From Podospora anserina (taxonomy: Eukaryota): a stretch of DNA of 64,000 bases. Shown in pieces: positions 23,801 through 35,821 of the stretch. Position 1 is the stretch's first letter; the number at the start of each line of letters is the position of its first letter. The notes under the pieces are model-generated. The model ran no database searches, had not been told where the DNA came from, and saw nothing but the letters and a program-made list of their open reading frames with translations. Location of the stretch: contig CM030334.1 in NCBI GenBank assembly GCA_017654855.1, forward strand, positions 2,108,001-2,172,000. Direction: 5' to 3'. Made by a program: the position numbers and the translations under genes.

Positions 23801-24452
23801 CAGCTTCTCAGGACAGTTGAGCCCGACCTGCCTCAAGCCCTCTGATTGCTCCGTTGCATCCCTGCGAGGGGCCAGGGCCTCTCTTCAACGAGCTTGGTCG
23901 CACTTTCACTCTCATACTCTCTCCATCACGGTCCTTTCTTATCTCGTCTCCTGCCTTTGCCTACGCCTTTGCCTCTGCCTCTGGTTCTCCTCGAGTCTCT
24001 GGCTCTTGTTGCTTCCTCTCTTCTCTGAGAAGCAAGCTGTAAGTGGCAGCAGGGAGAGCAGCAGCAGCAGCAGCAGCATCAGCAGCCAGTCTGTCGGGTC
24101 CAAGGTGTTTCGTTTCGCCAGCCGACAAGCTCCACGCTGAAATCTTAGCGTCCCGCGTGCCCACTCGGCCTTTTTCCCACTGCAATTGCTTCAGCTTCAG
24201 TACCTCTTCGCCGCTTCACTGCATTGGCAGTGATTGATTCTCTTCTGTCAACAACGACAACAACGGCAGGCGCCTGTTTTATTTTTATTTTTTTACACGT
24301 TCCGGGCGATCACCGCTCCGGCTGTGGCTGCCCCTTAATTGAGACAAGCTCCAACCTACGCCAAAAAAAACCCCCGGAGAAGCTCCAACGCTGGCGCTCC
24401 CGCGGTCGACCACTGAAGACGGATTGGCCGTTGAGTGCCATACAAACTCAAA

Positions 24453-27330
24453 ATGGCGCCCTCTTTAACAGCCCACACTTCCTTCACCCGTCCGAGAACC
24501 AGCGACCGTGATCACCGCGACGGACGTCCTGTCACCCGTGATCAGCAAGACGCCAACCTCGTCATCCCGAGCCGCACCTCGTCCCTCCATTCCCGCATTA
24601 CCCAGCCGATTCCTGGCCAGTTGAGCGCCAAACCTCAGCAGCGCACTCCCAAGACCCTTACTCATGCGTACATGGTCTGTGGTGTCGGCCGGGAGCCTTC
24701 GCAATGGGTGAAGGCTCCAACGCCCCAGCAGGGCAAGATTGGCCACATGAAGGGTGCCGTTCCTCAGTTCTGGCTTCCCGAGATTCTTGGGAGCAGTCCC
24801 AGGCTCGAGCAGGACAATGAGATTGCTCGTGCTTTGCACTCTGCTATGAGGGTATGTCATGGAAACTTTCCCAAATTTGCTGCTGGATGTGCTTATTAAC
24901 CCGTCGATGTAGGCATGCTTCCCCCACGATGTCGAGATTTGCACCGGCAGAAGCCAGCCTCACTGCGTCCACCACGCCTTTGTGCTCCAGCAGGATTCCT
25001 CCCACACGCTCTACGGTATCTGCCTGCGGGTGTGGTCCCGCGCCGATGACAGGCGAGCCGAGACGATCCGCGATCTCAGGAAACGCACCGAGCCCGACTT
25101 CTACGACAACCCGGACGAGCAGTACTGGATCCCCTACTGCCTTTCGTTCCTCTCCCGCTACCCGCTGTACAACTTGCTCGGCGACTATCTGCGTGGTATG
25201 TGGATTCACTGGAACAAGGCTACTAACCTTTTTCACGCCGAGGAGGTTTCCCGAATTCTGAGTTTTCCCGCCCCTCGTCTCAACGATTTGGTTCGCATCG
25301 ACATGAAGGACTATGCGCTCTGCTACCAGTTTCCTTCTTCGCCCACTGGTTTCCAAAACTTTGCCATGTGGCCCTTGTTCTGCTGTCTCTCGGTTCCCAA
25401 CATTGTTGGTGTGATCGAGGCTGCCATTTCGCCCACCCGCCGCATCATTTTTGTCAGTCATTACCCAGCCATGCTCACCATGGCCGCCGAGACTGTCAGA
25501 TTCTGTGTGCGCGTATATGAGTGGAGTGGTCTCTATGTCCCTGTTGTGCATGCTCGCCATGCCAAGGACCTTGTCGAGGAGCCTGGCCCGTACATCCTCG
25601 GTATCACTGCTGAGTGCAGAACGCTCTTCACTGCGCCGACAGATGCTCTGGTGGTGGATCTCGACCGCAACTTTGTGCTCACTTCCAACCCCCCCTCTGC
25701 GCTCCAGCCTAACCAGCGCACCAAGTTCATCACCCGCCTTACCCAGGCTCTAAATGGTGATGTAACACCATCGGGTGTTCCCCAGCACTTGCGTTCTGCG
25801 TACGGCGGCGGCAAGCTTGTCCCCGCGGGTCAGATTATTGTCATGCGTGGACAAGTTGAGTCTATTCAGGACCCTGAATGGTGGAATCAAGATGCCGTCA
25901 TGTCGGTGATGGACCATGTGTGCGAGAAGATGGGCCGCAACACCGGCCTGAAGGCTGTTTTTGGAGGGTCGGTCAAGAAGCCACTGATGACCAAGGTTTC
26001 CATGCGGCACTTGAACGAGATTGTCCGTGAACGTAACCAGTACTCACGCGACGCGTTGGAGGCCTGGCAGGATTTTATCAACCTTAAGGGGCGGATGGAC
26101 ACCGAACTCGGCAAGGTCAACAAGCGGAACAACTACCTTATGGAGGAGTGCGACAATTGGAAGCAGCAGTTCCAGCGTTTCCAGGCCTTTGCTGACACCC
26201 TCACCAAGGAGACCCAAGATCTCAAGGTCAAGATTGAGACGCACAAGCGCGAGAACCGTCGCCTGGGCAGTCTTATTGATCAGCAAAAGGACGACGCCGC
26301 TCGTCTTGCCAATCGTCTGGCTGGCACCGAGAAGCAGCGTGACGATGCTCTTGAGGCTCTTGTCCTCCAGCAGGAGATTGCCGAGGAGCTTGAGCGCGAG
26401 CGTAAGAGGAATCGCAAGGAGCTGTCAACGCTCCAGACCACCAACACAGCCATCTCAAGACAGCGTGACGAAGCCCGCCGTGTTGTGCTTCACCTGCGTA
26501 GCTTGATTTCTGGCCAACATCACCACATGGAGCACCTCGTGAAGACTCTGACGTCTCCCGAGGAGCTCGCTGCTGAGATTGAGGCTGGCTTTGCTGCGCA
26601 AGACGCCGTTGATGCGGTTGAAGGCATGTTGTTTATTCCCCGCTGTAAAAGAATCTTTCAGACTAACAAACATGTAGCCCAAGCTGCTGGCGAGTCTAGC
26701 AATGACGAGCGGTTCCTCAAGAACCTGAATGCTGCTAGCAGACGAATCTCTACGCAAGCATTCATCGACGTGGCGGATCGGCACCTCAAGGACAAGACCG
26801 ATGCCATCGCCCATATCATCCGGAACATTTCGGAACAGTGTCAGGCCGCTGTTGAAGGCCTCCAACTTGCACATGACGCGGAGCACGGGAGGTCGGATTC
26901 TTCGGCCTCCCGTTCTTCGCGGTTGTCGAAAAGTCGCCGAGGGAGTAATATCTCCATCGCCCGGTCCGACGACGATCGCAGCTCGGCGGCAACGTCCGAT
27001 GTCAGTGATGACCATACCCTCCTCCGACCGAACAGCGGGCGGCTCTCTAGCATCCCACCCACACCGGATCTCGTTCCCAACCGCAGCAGCACTAGCATGT
27101 CTTTCGCTAGCACGGCCACGACCCCTGAGCGAGGCTCTCAGCACTACCTCCACGGACACCATGACATCCCCACCAAGATCGTCGAGGACGACGAGGACGA
27201 TATCGACGGATCTCAGTCTGATGTCCACTCCGTCCCCCAGGAAGCGGGAGTCGTGGGCAAGCACTCGGAGAGCCTGATCCACAGGCCTTCTGGTGCCCGC
27301 ATCAGCGCCCTTGGCGGCCTCGGTCGCTAA
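24453..27330 (+). CDS. DENN-domain protein (putative Rab GEF) with C-terminal coiled coil
   Basis: Exon 1 from ATG 24453, intron about 24852-24912 (GTATGT...TAG). uDENN/cDENN-like segments (HAFVLQ, YWIPYCLSFLSRYP, YVPVVH, PGPYILG, VVDLD) and a long heptad region. Probable GC-AG intron 26624-26677. Confidence 0.9.
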
Positions 27331-28984
27331 AGGGTAGCCGGTGATGGTGGATGTAAACAGCATGATTTTTTCAACGGCGGTCATTTGGTTCATTTGTACA
27401 TTGTCTCTATACCACTTTTGCGACGAGTAGGAAGGGTTCTATTATTTCTCTGGACGACGACGATTCATTTGCTTGCGGAGAAGGGGCGAGGCCTACTTGC
27501 AGCCTGGCGTTTTTATTTCTACCATATTTTGTATTTCCCTTTATACCAACCAAGCTCCTCTTTTCTTCTCGCGATCTTTCCTAGCAACACACAGCCTAGC
27601 TTTATTCCCCATGTCAGCTGTCTTTTTTTTTCTCCTCACAAATGCTTACGACACTCACACTCACACACAAACTTGTTATTCTCTTTTCGAATGAATAAGG
27701 GGAGGATTGTGGAGGAAAAAAAAGAAGGTGGGGGTGGAGAAAGGCGGAGGTGGTGAGGAGTGGGAATGGAAATGAGGGAGAAAGAAAGGGGGGAAAGGGT
27801 TTAATTTTCTATCTTGATATCCATTCTGTATGTTTTTTTAGCAGCAGCTCATGAATGACCCTTTTTTTTTTGGTAGTCTTGTTGTTGTTGTAGTAGTAGT
27901 TAGTAGGTGAGGAATGATAAGCCGGTGGTTTTTTGGTAGATTCAGTGAACTTGTGCTTTATAATGTGATCTCCAGGAACACTTTGGCCGTATTGTGTTCA
28001 AGTCACCTAGACATGTTGATAGAATTATCATTTGATACCCGTCCCCTTCCTTGACAGACATGTATTTTTCTTTTCTGGAAACCTGCTGCTTTATTTGATA
28101 AACAGAACACTTGAAACTCCCCTCTCCTTCTCACCAGAATAACAACAAGTCCTTAATTGCCAAAACAAACATCTCCTTTTCATAACAGAATTGGCGTACA
28201 ACTTTTCGTTCAGCATCGTCCTTTTTCAGCATAAAGGTCCCCTGCGTATATACGTCGAGTTCAAAGCACGAAAATAACAAGCTTGTCTAGAAAGACTTGA
28301 CAAAAGACTAGGTTAGACAGAGTAGCGCGCGGGGGGGTGATATTGGAGAAAAGATCCCTACACTTCAAGGCCATTGTTTTTCATGCGTGAAGAATGTGTG
28401 TTCTCTATTCTAGCTAGATTTCCTGGTTTTCTTCTCGCAAGTCTACAAGTCTACAAGTACGGGCTTTTCTGCAAGTGTTGCCCTCTCTGCAAGGCTTGTA
28501 GCCAATGCAAGGCTTAGAAGCCCTGCAAGGTCTGCAAAGATGTAGGAGACTGACAAGAGGAGGTATAGATCATGCCTTTTCTGTCTGGGTAGGCATTTGA
28601 CCTAAGGTAGGTAGGTATGAGACGCCTTTAAAGATCTTCTATTAAAACCTCTACCCTCACAACCTATCCACACTCATCTCAGCAGCCATTCTCATCTCAC
28701 AACTTACATATACATTCGCTCATCTCATCTATGACCTTTTTAAAGACCGCTATGGAAGAGTGTAGTAATGTATGCCTCACCCACCACATCATTTGGTGGG
28801 GGAAGGAAAATGTATCAAAGAAGACAAAAGAAACCAATAAAAGGACAGTGTAATCACAACTCATAAAAACGCCATCAATGCCAATCCATCCACCCACCAA
28901 CCACCCCGCCTGATTGTTTCCCTATCGTTCCAATCTACGCTATCGAAAAACACACCCAACCAACCCATTATCGTTTCATCTTCT

Positions 28985-31642
28985 TCATTTCTCCTCCGAT
29001 GACGTCCTCGCTGGCGCTGGTGGTGGTGGGGCAGGCGGTGGTGGACCGCCACTCCCACCATCACCATCATCACCCAGCCCTGGCAGAGGCAGACCTGGCT
29101 CCAAGGGATCGGTTGGTGCTTGCACCGTCATGGGGCCAACGGGCACAGCAATACGGTCCGTGAGCTTCTCGCCACGGAGGACCTTGACTACCTCGTCGTG
29201 GTCAAGAGTCTCGTACTCGACAAGAGCCTTAGCCAACAGGTCGAGTTCCGTCCTCTTCGACAGGAGCAGCGCACGGGCGCGGGCATAAGAGTCATCCAGG
29301 ACCTTCTTGACCTCGGACTCGACCATGGCGCGGGTTTCCGAGCTGAGTTCATTATACTTGCGGAGGTATTCAACGGGGCCAAGCTTGGGTGACATGCCGA
29401 GCTGGGCAACCATGTGCCAGGCGGTGCGAGTGGCACTGTCAAGATCCTAGGTAAATGTGTTAGCACTTCATATCGGGTCCAACATGGACGCGGCGGGTAC
29501 ACTTACAGCACTAACACCGCTAGTGACAAACTCGCTGCCGTACACGATCTCCTCTGCAACCTTGCCACCAAGGGCACGGTCGATCATGGCAAGATAATCT
29601 CTTACAGTGTAAGAGTACTTATCCATTTCCGGGAGGAAGGCGGTGTGACCCAAGCTTTGACCGCGAGGCAAGACTGTGACCTTGTAGAGATGGCTACCGC
29701 CCTCTTGCTTGTTGAAGAAAGCAACAAGGGCGTGGCCGGCCTCGTGGTAGGCAGTCATCTCCTTTTCCTTGGGAGTGATAACCATGCTCCGCTTTTCAGC
29801 GCCCATGATGACCTTGTCCTTGGCCCATTCCATATCCTTCTGTGTGACGACCTTGTTCTTGAGCTTGCTGGCGTGGATGGCGGCTTGGTTGACGATGTTT
29901 TCAAGTTCAGCACCAGAAAGACCAGAGGTACGGCCGGCAATGTCCTCCATACGCACATCGGCAGCCATCTTGATCTTCTTGGCGTGGTGCTTGAGGATGG
30001 CAATGCGGCCTCGGACATCGGGGAGAGAGACGACGACATGACGATCGAAACGGCCAGGACGAGTCAAAGCCTTGTCGAGAGATTCGGGGAAGTTGGTGGC
30101 CGCAATGACGATAACGCCGCTGTTCTGAGAGAAACCGTCCATTTCGGTGAGAAGCTGGTTCAGCGTCTGCCGGACATAGGTAGCATCGCGAGAGTTACGC
30201 TTGCCGCCAATAGCGTCCAGCTCATCAATGAAGACAATGGAAGGAGACTTGGCCTTGGCCGCATTGAAGAGCTCGCGGACACGCTTGGCGCCCACGCCGA
30301 CATAAATCTCGTCGAACTCACTGCCAGACATGAAGAAGAAGGGCACACCAGCCTCACCGGCAACAGCCCGAGCCAAGAGAGTTTTACCAGTACCGGGAGG
30401 TCCGACAAGCAACACACCCTTGGGGAGCTTACCACCAAGTGTGTTGAACTTGTCGGGGTTGCGCAGGAAATCGACCAGCTCCTGAAGTTCCTCCTTGGCC
30501 TCATCGCAGCCGTGAACGTCTGAGAATCGAGCCTTTTGGTTTTCGGCCTTGGCCTCCATAGTGTCAACCTTGGCACCAGGTCTCTTCAGCGAACTAACTG
30601 TTTCAACGACCATGGTCATAACCACGAGACTGACGTAGGCGCACAAACTGAACCAGAGCATAAACTTAAACCACCGGAAAGCAGCGCTACCGAACGATTC
30701 GTCGACGATAACATGAAGCGCACCGCCCTTTCCAGTAACGCCAGCAGAGACAGCGACATTGCCGCCGTTGCGCTGAGCGGCAATTGCTTGTCCAGCAGCT
30801 GCAGCCTGCTCACTGATTCCCGCAGAGGCCTGACCGGCACTGCCAAGTGTTCCAGCAATCATGGCAAGCGCCTGGTTATATGCTTGCGTGGCACTTTCGT
30901 TGGCAGCAAAGCGTCCTGTGGTAAAGTTAGCGTAGTCAACAGAACCTTGAGAGGGAAAGACATACCAGACTGATACCGTTCCACTACTATGGCAGGCATG
31001 TTGGCCTTGAGCAGGAGCTGGTAAAAGCTGGCCTGGGTAGGTGCGCTTTGGGGATTCCGGTTGGCGGCAGCCTCGGTGCGAGAAAGGAGGTGGTGAGGAA
31101 CCAAGTTGGAGTTACCAAAAGACCGATACTGAACATTTCGAGGCGGGAGAGCATCGAGCGTCTTGAGCGCAGGCCAGGAGACAGACTGCATACGGATCGG
31201 GGGGCGAGTGGTGCTCATGAAGCGAAGACCGGGGACGGTGCCGAGGGGTCGACGGGCCATCAGGGCAGCGTGAGAGCTGCGGATGAGGGGGTTCGCCATA
31301 GCGATGGAGCCGGGAGACATTGTAGATAATACCGAGAGAATGTTGGTAGACGATACATTTGCCTGAGAAGATGTTTCGAGAGCGAGCTTTGCCAGTGGAG
31401 CGTTGCGCATGAAGCTAGGAAGCTTGGTCGTCGAGGATGTCGGGTTTGGTACAGGAGCAGCCGAGACACGGGCGTGCTGCGTCGTCGAGGAAAGGACGGC
31501 CAGGGACTTTGTGATGGACGGCCACAGTTCCGACGTCGCCGCTGCGATGCTCTGAAGATTACGGCATCACGTCAGTGGAAGGTCAAGATGGAAGGTGGGA
31601 GGCGGGGCATCATACCGGCAGCCCACTTGCGTGGAGAGCCAT
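28985..31642 (-). CDS. YME1: Mitochondrial i-AAA metalloprotease Yme1
   Basis: Walker A GPPGTGKT, Walker [21 protein letters not shown] and M41 HEAGH. The inferred first exon MALHASGLP (ATG 31642) joins through a GTATGA...CTGAC...CAG intron. Further introns near 30917-30965 and 29448-29505. Confidence 0.96.
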
Positions 31643-32170
31643 TGCTGTTGTTGTTGCGACCACTCTCACTCTAACAGCAACTGTTCACGTCCCCTAGAAA
31701 AAGGAATGCGGGATGAGATTGGAAGACAAACTCGAAGATGATGCAAGGCCAGACGTTGGGAAACATCTGCTCAGCGCCGGCTGGCCACTCAACACTCGGT
31801 CCCTCAACGGCAGGCCTTGGCAGTGGCCAGAGCACCCTGAGCCACCCGGCTCCACCACCCCGGTATTTCCCCGTTGGAGGGCCCACTCTTTTCGGCAAGC
31901 TACACGTGACCTGGCGTTGCGCCTTCTCGTCCCTTACTCGCGTTTCGCGTCTGAGTCCAGCTCACACACGAAATCATGTCTATGAACTGATGGCCATTAA
32001 TGACGGTGTTTTTGTCACAGAACTTTGGAATTGAATGAGCTCACTTACTTTCTTACATTCTTCCCTTACTTATTTAACTTGGTTAATATCTCAGCTTTCA
32101 TCACAACTCTCACCTCACTTGCACTCAACATCTTCACTTAACCCCGACTCATAGGGGCAGCATCGCCACA

Positions 32171-33334
32171 ATGAACCGCTCCATCGAGCAAGCCCTCCTT
32201 TCCCTCATCCCAACCCACAACGCCGCCCTCCCCCCACAACTCACCGAGCTCGCCAGCTCCCTCCTCGCCCAATCCCGTCACAAAGCCAGCACCCTCAAAG
32301 CCGAAGAGGAAATCGCCCGCCCCTACGCCTGTGCCCACATCGCCTGCGAAAGACTCAAAACCACCCTCAACTTGCCCCCTATTGAGCCCCGGCCACCCAT
32401 CCCGCCACGCATCTACAAACGCCTCTACAGCCATCTCGACAAAATCCTCCCATCTTGCACTGGAACCCCAGGGCGAGGAACATCAGCTCGCGGTGGTCTT
32501 GAAGGTCGTGTCCGCACACCGAGCACAAAACTAAGAGAACAACTTGCGCCGCTTGGTACCTCACCACAAGCAAGCAAAAGCAGGCCTCTACCAGGGAGAA
32601 CAACGCCAAGCAAGGAGAAGTCGCTAGCGGACTTTCGGGACAGTAACGCAGATGGCACGCCTTCAAAGAAGAAGTTAGGGACCACCCCCCAGTCAAAAAG
32701 AAAGCCACCACCTTTACCGTTATGGATCCGGCCAACGCTGCGGTTTTTATGCAAGGAACTCGGCCCAGCCAGTATCGGCCCTATCGTGGCCTCCGGGATT
32801 GAGTCTATCGTTTGTCCCAATGGCAAACCGACAGAGGACGAGTGGGTGAAAATCAACCTGGTCTCGTTACTCGGTGCTCTGTATCTGTTTGTCTGGCGAG
32901 GCGTTACGTTTCCCGGCCAAGATCTGGATCAGTCGACGTACATCAAGTTCCGGAAGCAACTCGTGGCTACGTTGAATAGAGCCAGGAAGGAGGTCGAGGT
33001 CAATGTTAAGGACGGTGATGCTGAGAAGGCGTGGGAGTGGTGGTATGATGTCAAGCTCAAGGATCTGGATATGTCTGCCTTGGTGATCAACCGTCATGGT
33101 TGGTTGGAGTTGGACTGGGCAAAGGGCGTGCAGGATTTGGTGCATATGAATGAAGAACGAGCACGGGATGATGAGGAGGATGCAGAGAGAGAGGAGAGGA
33201 ACGCGGAACCCGTCCAGCTCAGGCGGGCGGATACGATGTTCCAGGAGAGATACGACTTTCTCACTGACAGGAAAAGGAAGGCGTATGCTGAGTGGAAGGA
33301 GGGGATCATGAAGAGGATCAAGGCGCAGGGCTGA
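32171..33334 (+). CDS. ORC6: Origin recognition complex subunit 6
   Basis: MNRSIEQAL...LASSLLAQSR...LKAEEEIARPYACAHIACERLK...PPIPPRIYKRLY and the C-terminal DTMFQERYDFL...YAEWK. Confidence 0.92.
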   Translation: MNRSIEQALLSLIPTHNAALPPQLTELASSLLAQSRHKASTLKAEEEIARPYACAHIACERLKTTLNLPPIEPRPPIPPRIYKRLYSHLDKILPSCTGTPGRGTSARGGLEGRVRTPSTKLREQLAPLGTSPQASKSRPLPGRTTPSKEKSLADFRDSNADGTPSKKKLGTTPQSKRKPPPLPLWIRPTLRFLCKELGPASIGPIVASGIESIVCPNGKPTEDEWVKINLVSLLGALYLFVWRGVTFPGQDLDQSTYIKFRKQLVATLNRARKEVEVNVKDGDAEKAWEWWYDVKLKDLDMSALVINRHGWLELDWAKGVQDLVHMNEERARDDEEDAEREERNAEPVQLRRADTMFQERYDFLTDRKRKAYAEWKEGIMKRIKAQG

Positions 33335-33410
33335 GCCCCGCCATCCATCACGATCCAGAATTTACAACAATATCATATACTGTATTCCAACGCTATCAAC
33401 GGTGTTATAT

Positions 33411-34684
33411 CTAAGCAGAAACCTCGACCCTCTTCAAACTCCTCACCGTATCAACAATGCTCCTCTCTAAGCCAATCCACTCAATCCCCAACAACCTCGT
33501 CGTCTCACTATTATCATACCCAAACCTCTTATCCTCCTCCGGCAATTCTCCCCCCTTGACCCCCTCCTCAGGCAATTTCTCCTTATCCTCTGGAAAGTTC
33601 TTCCTCAACACCTCCGCGATTTGAGCGTTGGAAAACCACCCCGAAACAACAAACAGCCTCTTCCCAGCTACCCCCTCCACAAGTCCTAACCCAGCCCTTA
33701 CGTGAGCAGTCGCCACATCCCGTACATCAACCCAGATGTAAGCCTGGCCCGTCGGGGGTATCTCCCCCTTCCACTTCCCCTTGATGGCATCCACGATCCT
33801 CTCATTAGAAGTGTTGATCGCCTCGAGGGTAGCAAGATGGTGGACCACCGGCCCGAAGACCATCGGCGGGTTGATGGTGACCAAGTCAAACTTTGCGTCA
33901 TTCTCCTTGTTCTGCACAAACTCCCAGGCGGCCTTTTCCGCCAGGGTCTTGGAGGCGCGGTAGGCGGTTGCTGGGTTGCGGTGGATGTCATCTATCGTGA
34001 CCGGGTTCCATGATTTTTCGGAAAAGACGGTGGAAGGGTCGGAGACGTGAGCCTCGTTGATTATAGCTGCAAAGGAGGAGGTCACGACGACGCGGCGGAC
34101 GGAGGGGGCGAATTTGGTAATGGCGGAGAGGATGGAGGTTGTGCCGATGAGGGCGGGGTCGATGAGCTCTTTCTTTGGGTCGTTGAATTTGAAGTGGAAG
34201 GGGGAGGCGGTGTGGAGGACTACTTCGAGGCCGGAGCCGTGGGTTTGGAGGACCGAGTCGAAGGCGTTGGGTTGGGCGATGTCGGGGACTATGGCGACGG
34301 TGAGGTGGCCGGAGGTGGTTTGGGAGGGGTAGGCGGAGGTGATGGCGTCGGCTTTGGATTGGGAGCGGACGGTTGTGATGACGGTGTGAGAGGCGGAGAG
34401 GAGTTGGTCGAGGATGTGGGCTGTGGTGTTGTTGTTGTTGTTGTTAGTAAACTGAGCGCCGGGATGGTTGATCGGAGCTGGTCCGGTCCGGGGAAGACTC
34501 CACCGCCGGCAACGGATCCGACCGTGTGTGTGTGTGTGCACGATGAATCTTTAAACGTGGTGATGATGAGATCACATACCCGCAATGAAGCCGGAGCCGC
34601 CTGCAGTCTACGTCAGTATATGATGCATGCCATCAAAAGATCAAAATCAGTGAGCCGCTCACCAGTCAACAGAACCTTGGTCAT
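33411..34684 (-). CDS. NAD(P)H-dependent extended SDR (Gre2/aldehyde reductase-like)
   Basis: The Rossmann motif MTKVLLTG|GSGFIA|AHIL is split by two introns. Also VLHTASPF, VVVTSSFAA, the catalytic YRASK, and WVDVRDVA. Confidence 0.92.
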
Positions 34685-35317
34685 TTTGATCGATTTCTTT
34701 CTCCTCACGTTTCCCTCTTCTCTTTGTGTGCGTATCGTGATGCTCAAGTGACGCTGTTGATGAGAACTCAAGCAAGAGATGAGGCAATGACGATGTGTTT
34801 ATATTTATACCCATGTACATCACCACTCCCTCCTCAACCCCGCGTTGCCTTTTTCCCCCCACCAAATGCTGCAGTGGGGTTGATTTAGCCCGAGATGTTT
34901 GTTCGGCACAATTCGCAATCGCACACCATCATCGCATTGTTCTTCCTTACGTGATCAGCGTTGGGAAGCAATGTCCGGTTGTTATCTCCGGTCGGCATCT
35001 CTTCTTTTGGACACTATGACGAGGAAAAGTTGACCCGGTGAGCAGCATTTGCAAGATCTGTGAGCTGGGGTATATCGAACTACCAGGATAACCTGCTGTC
35101 ATTTCATCATTCATCACCCATCGCCTATCCTTCTCCAAAATGAATAAAGAAGCGACCGGACATATCGCTCTTCTTATTTCACAACATATCGTGGAAATAA
35201 GCCTTCACGACACCAAAGAAATCCGACCAACACATCCAGTCATATAACCCTAACACTGCTTCTCCCCTTTTACCCCTGATCACCACCATACAGCCAGAAA
35301 TACCATCCCAAACCATT

Positions 35318-35436
35318 ACATACGACCATACCCACCAGAATACTCGGCATCCCGTCCGCTCTGCCCTAGATAAACTGGTGAGGGCCGAACCAGTACTCAG
35401 GTGGGTGACCACTGGGGAATCCTCGGTGTTGTATGT
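35318..35436 (+). rRNA. 5S rRNA gene (copy A)
   Basis: 119 nt ACATACGACCATACCCACCAG...GGTGTTGTATGT with paired termini, followed by a T-run (Pol III terminator). Confidence 0.96.
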
Positions 35437-35502
35437 CTTTTTCCTGTTTTTTTCCTCAGTCTCATTGTCCACACATGAACCCATCTCCTGACCCAAACCG
35501 TC

Positions 35503-35621
35503 ACATACGACCACACCCAGCTGAAAATACGGCATCCCGTCCGCTCTGCCCGAGTCAAACAGCTGAGGGCCAGATCAGTACTCAGGTCGGTGACGACTGG
35601 GGAATCCCTGGTGTTGTATGT
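35503..35621 (+). rRNA. 5S rRNA gene (copy B, different sequence type)
   Basis: 119 nt ACATACGACCACACCCAGCTG...GGTGTTGTATGT followed by AATCTTTT. Confidence 0.96.
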
Positions 35622-35821
35622 AATCTTTTGCCGGAATCTTCTATTTTTTTGGGTGATTCTGGTTGTTTGTTGTCTTCATTTCCTGTTGCGTTGGAAGACA
35701 AGAGTCTCTTGACCTCAAACTCGCTGCGTTTCTACTACCGTCATCATCAAGCGGTAAAGCGCGAGATGAAGTATCCTAGTCTCGTGTCCACTGACGTGCA
35801 GGGTCCTTGGTGGTGGAATGG

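Noticed and set aside
20950-24400. 3.5-kb intergenic region with many short ORFs and (GCA)n / CTTTGC repeats
   Set aside because: The ORFs look non-coding. The region fits a promoter and long 5' leader of the DENN gene.
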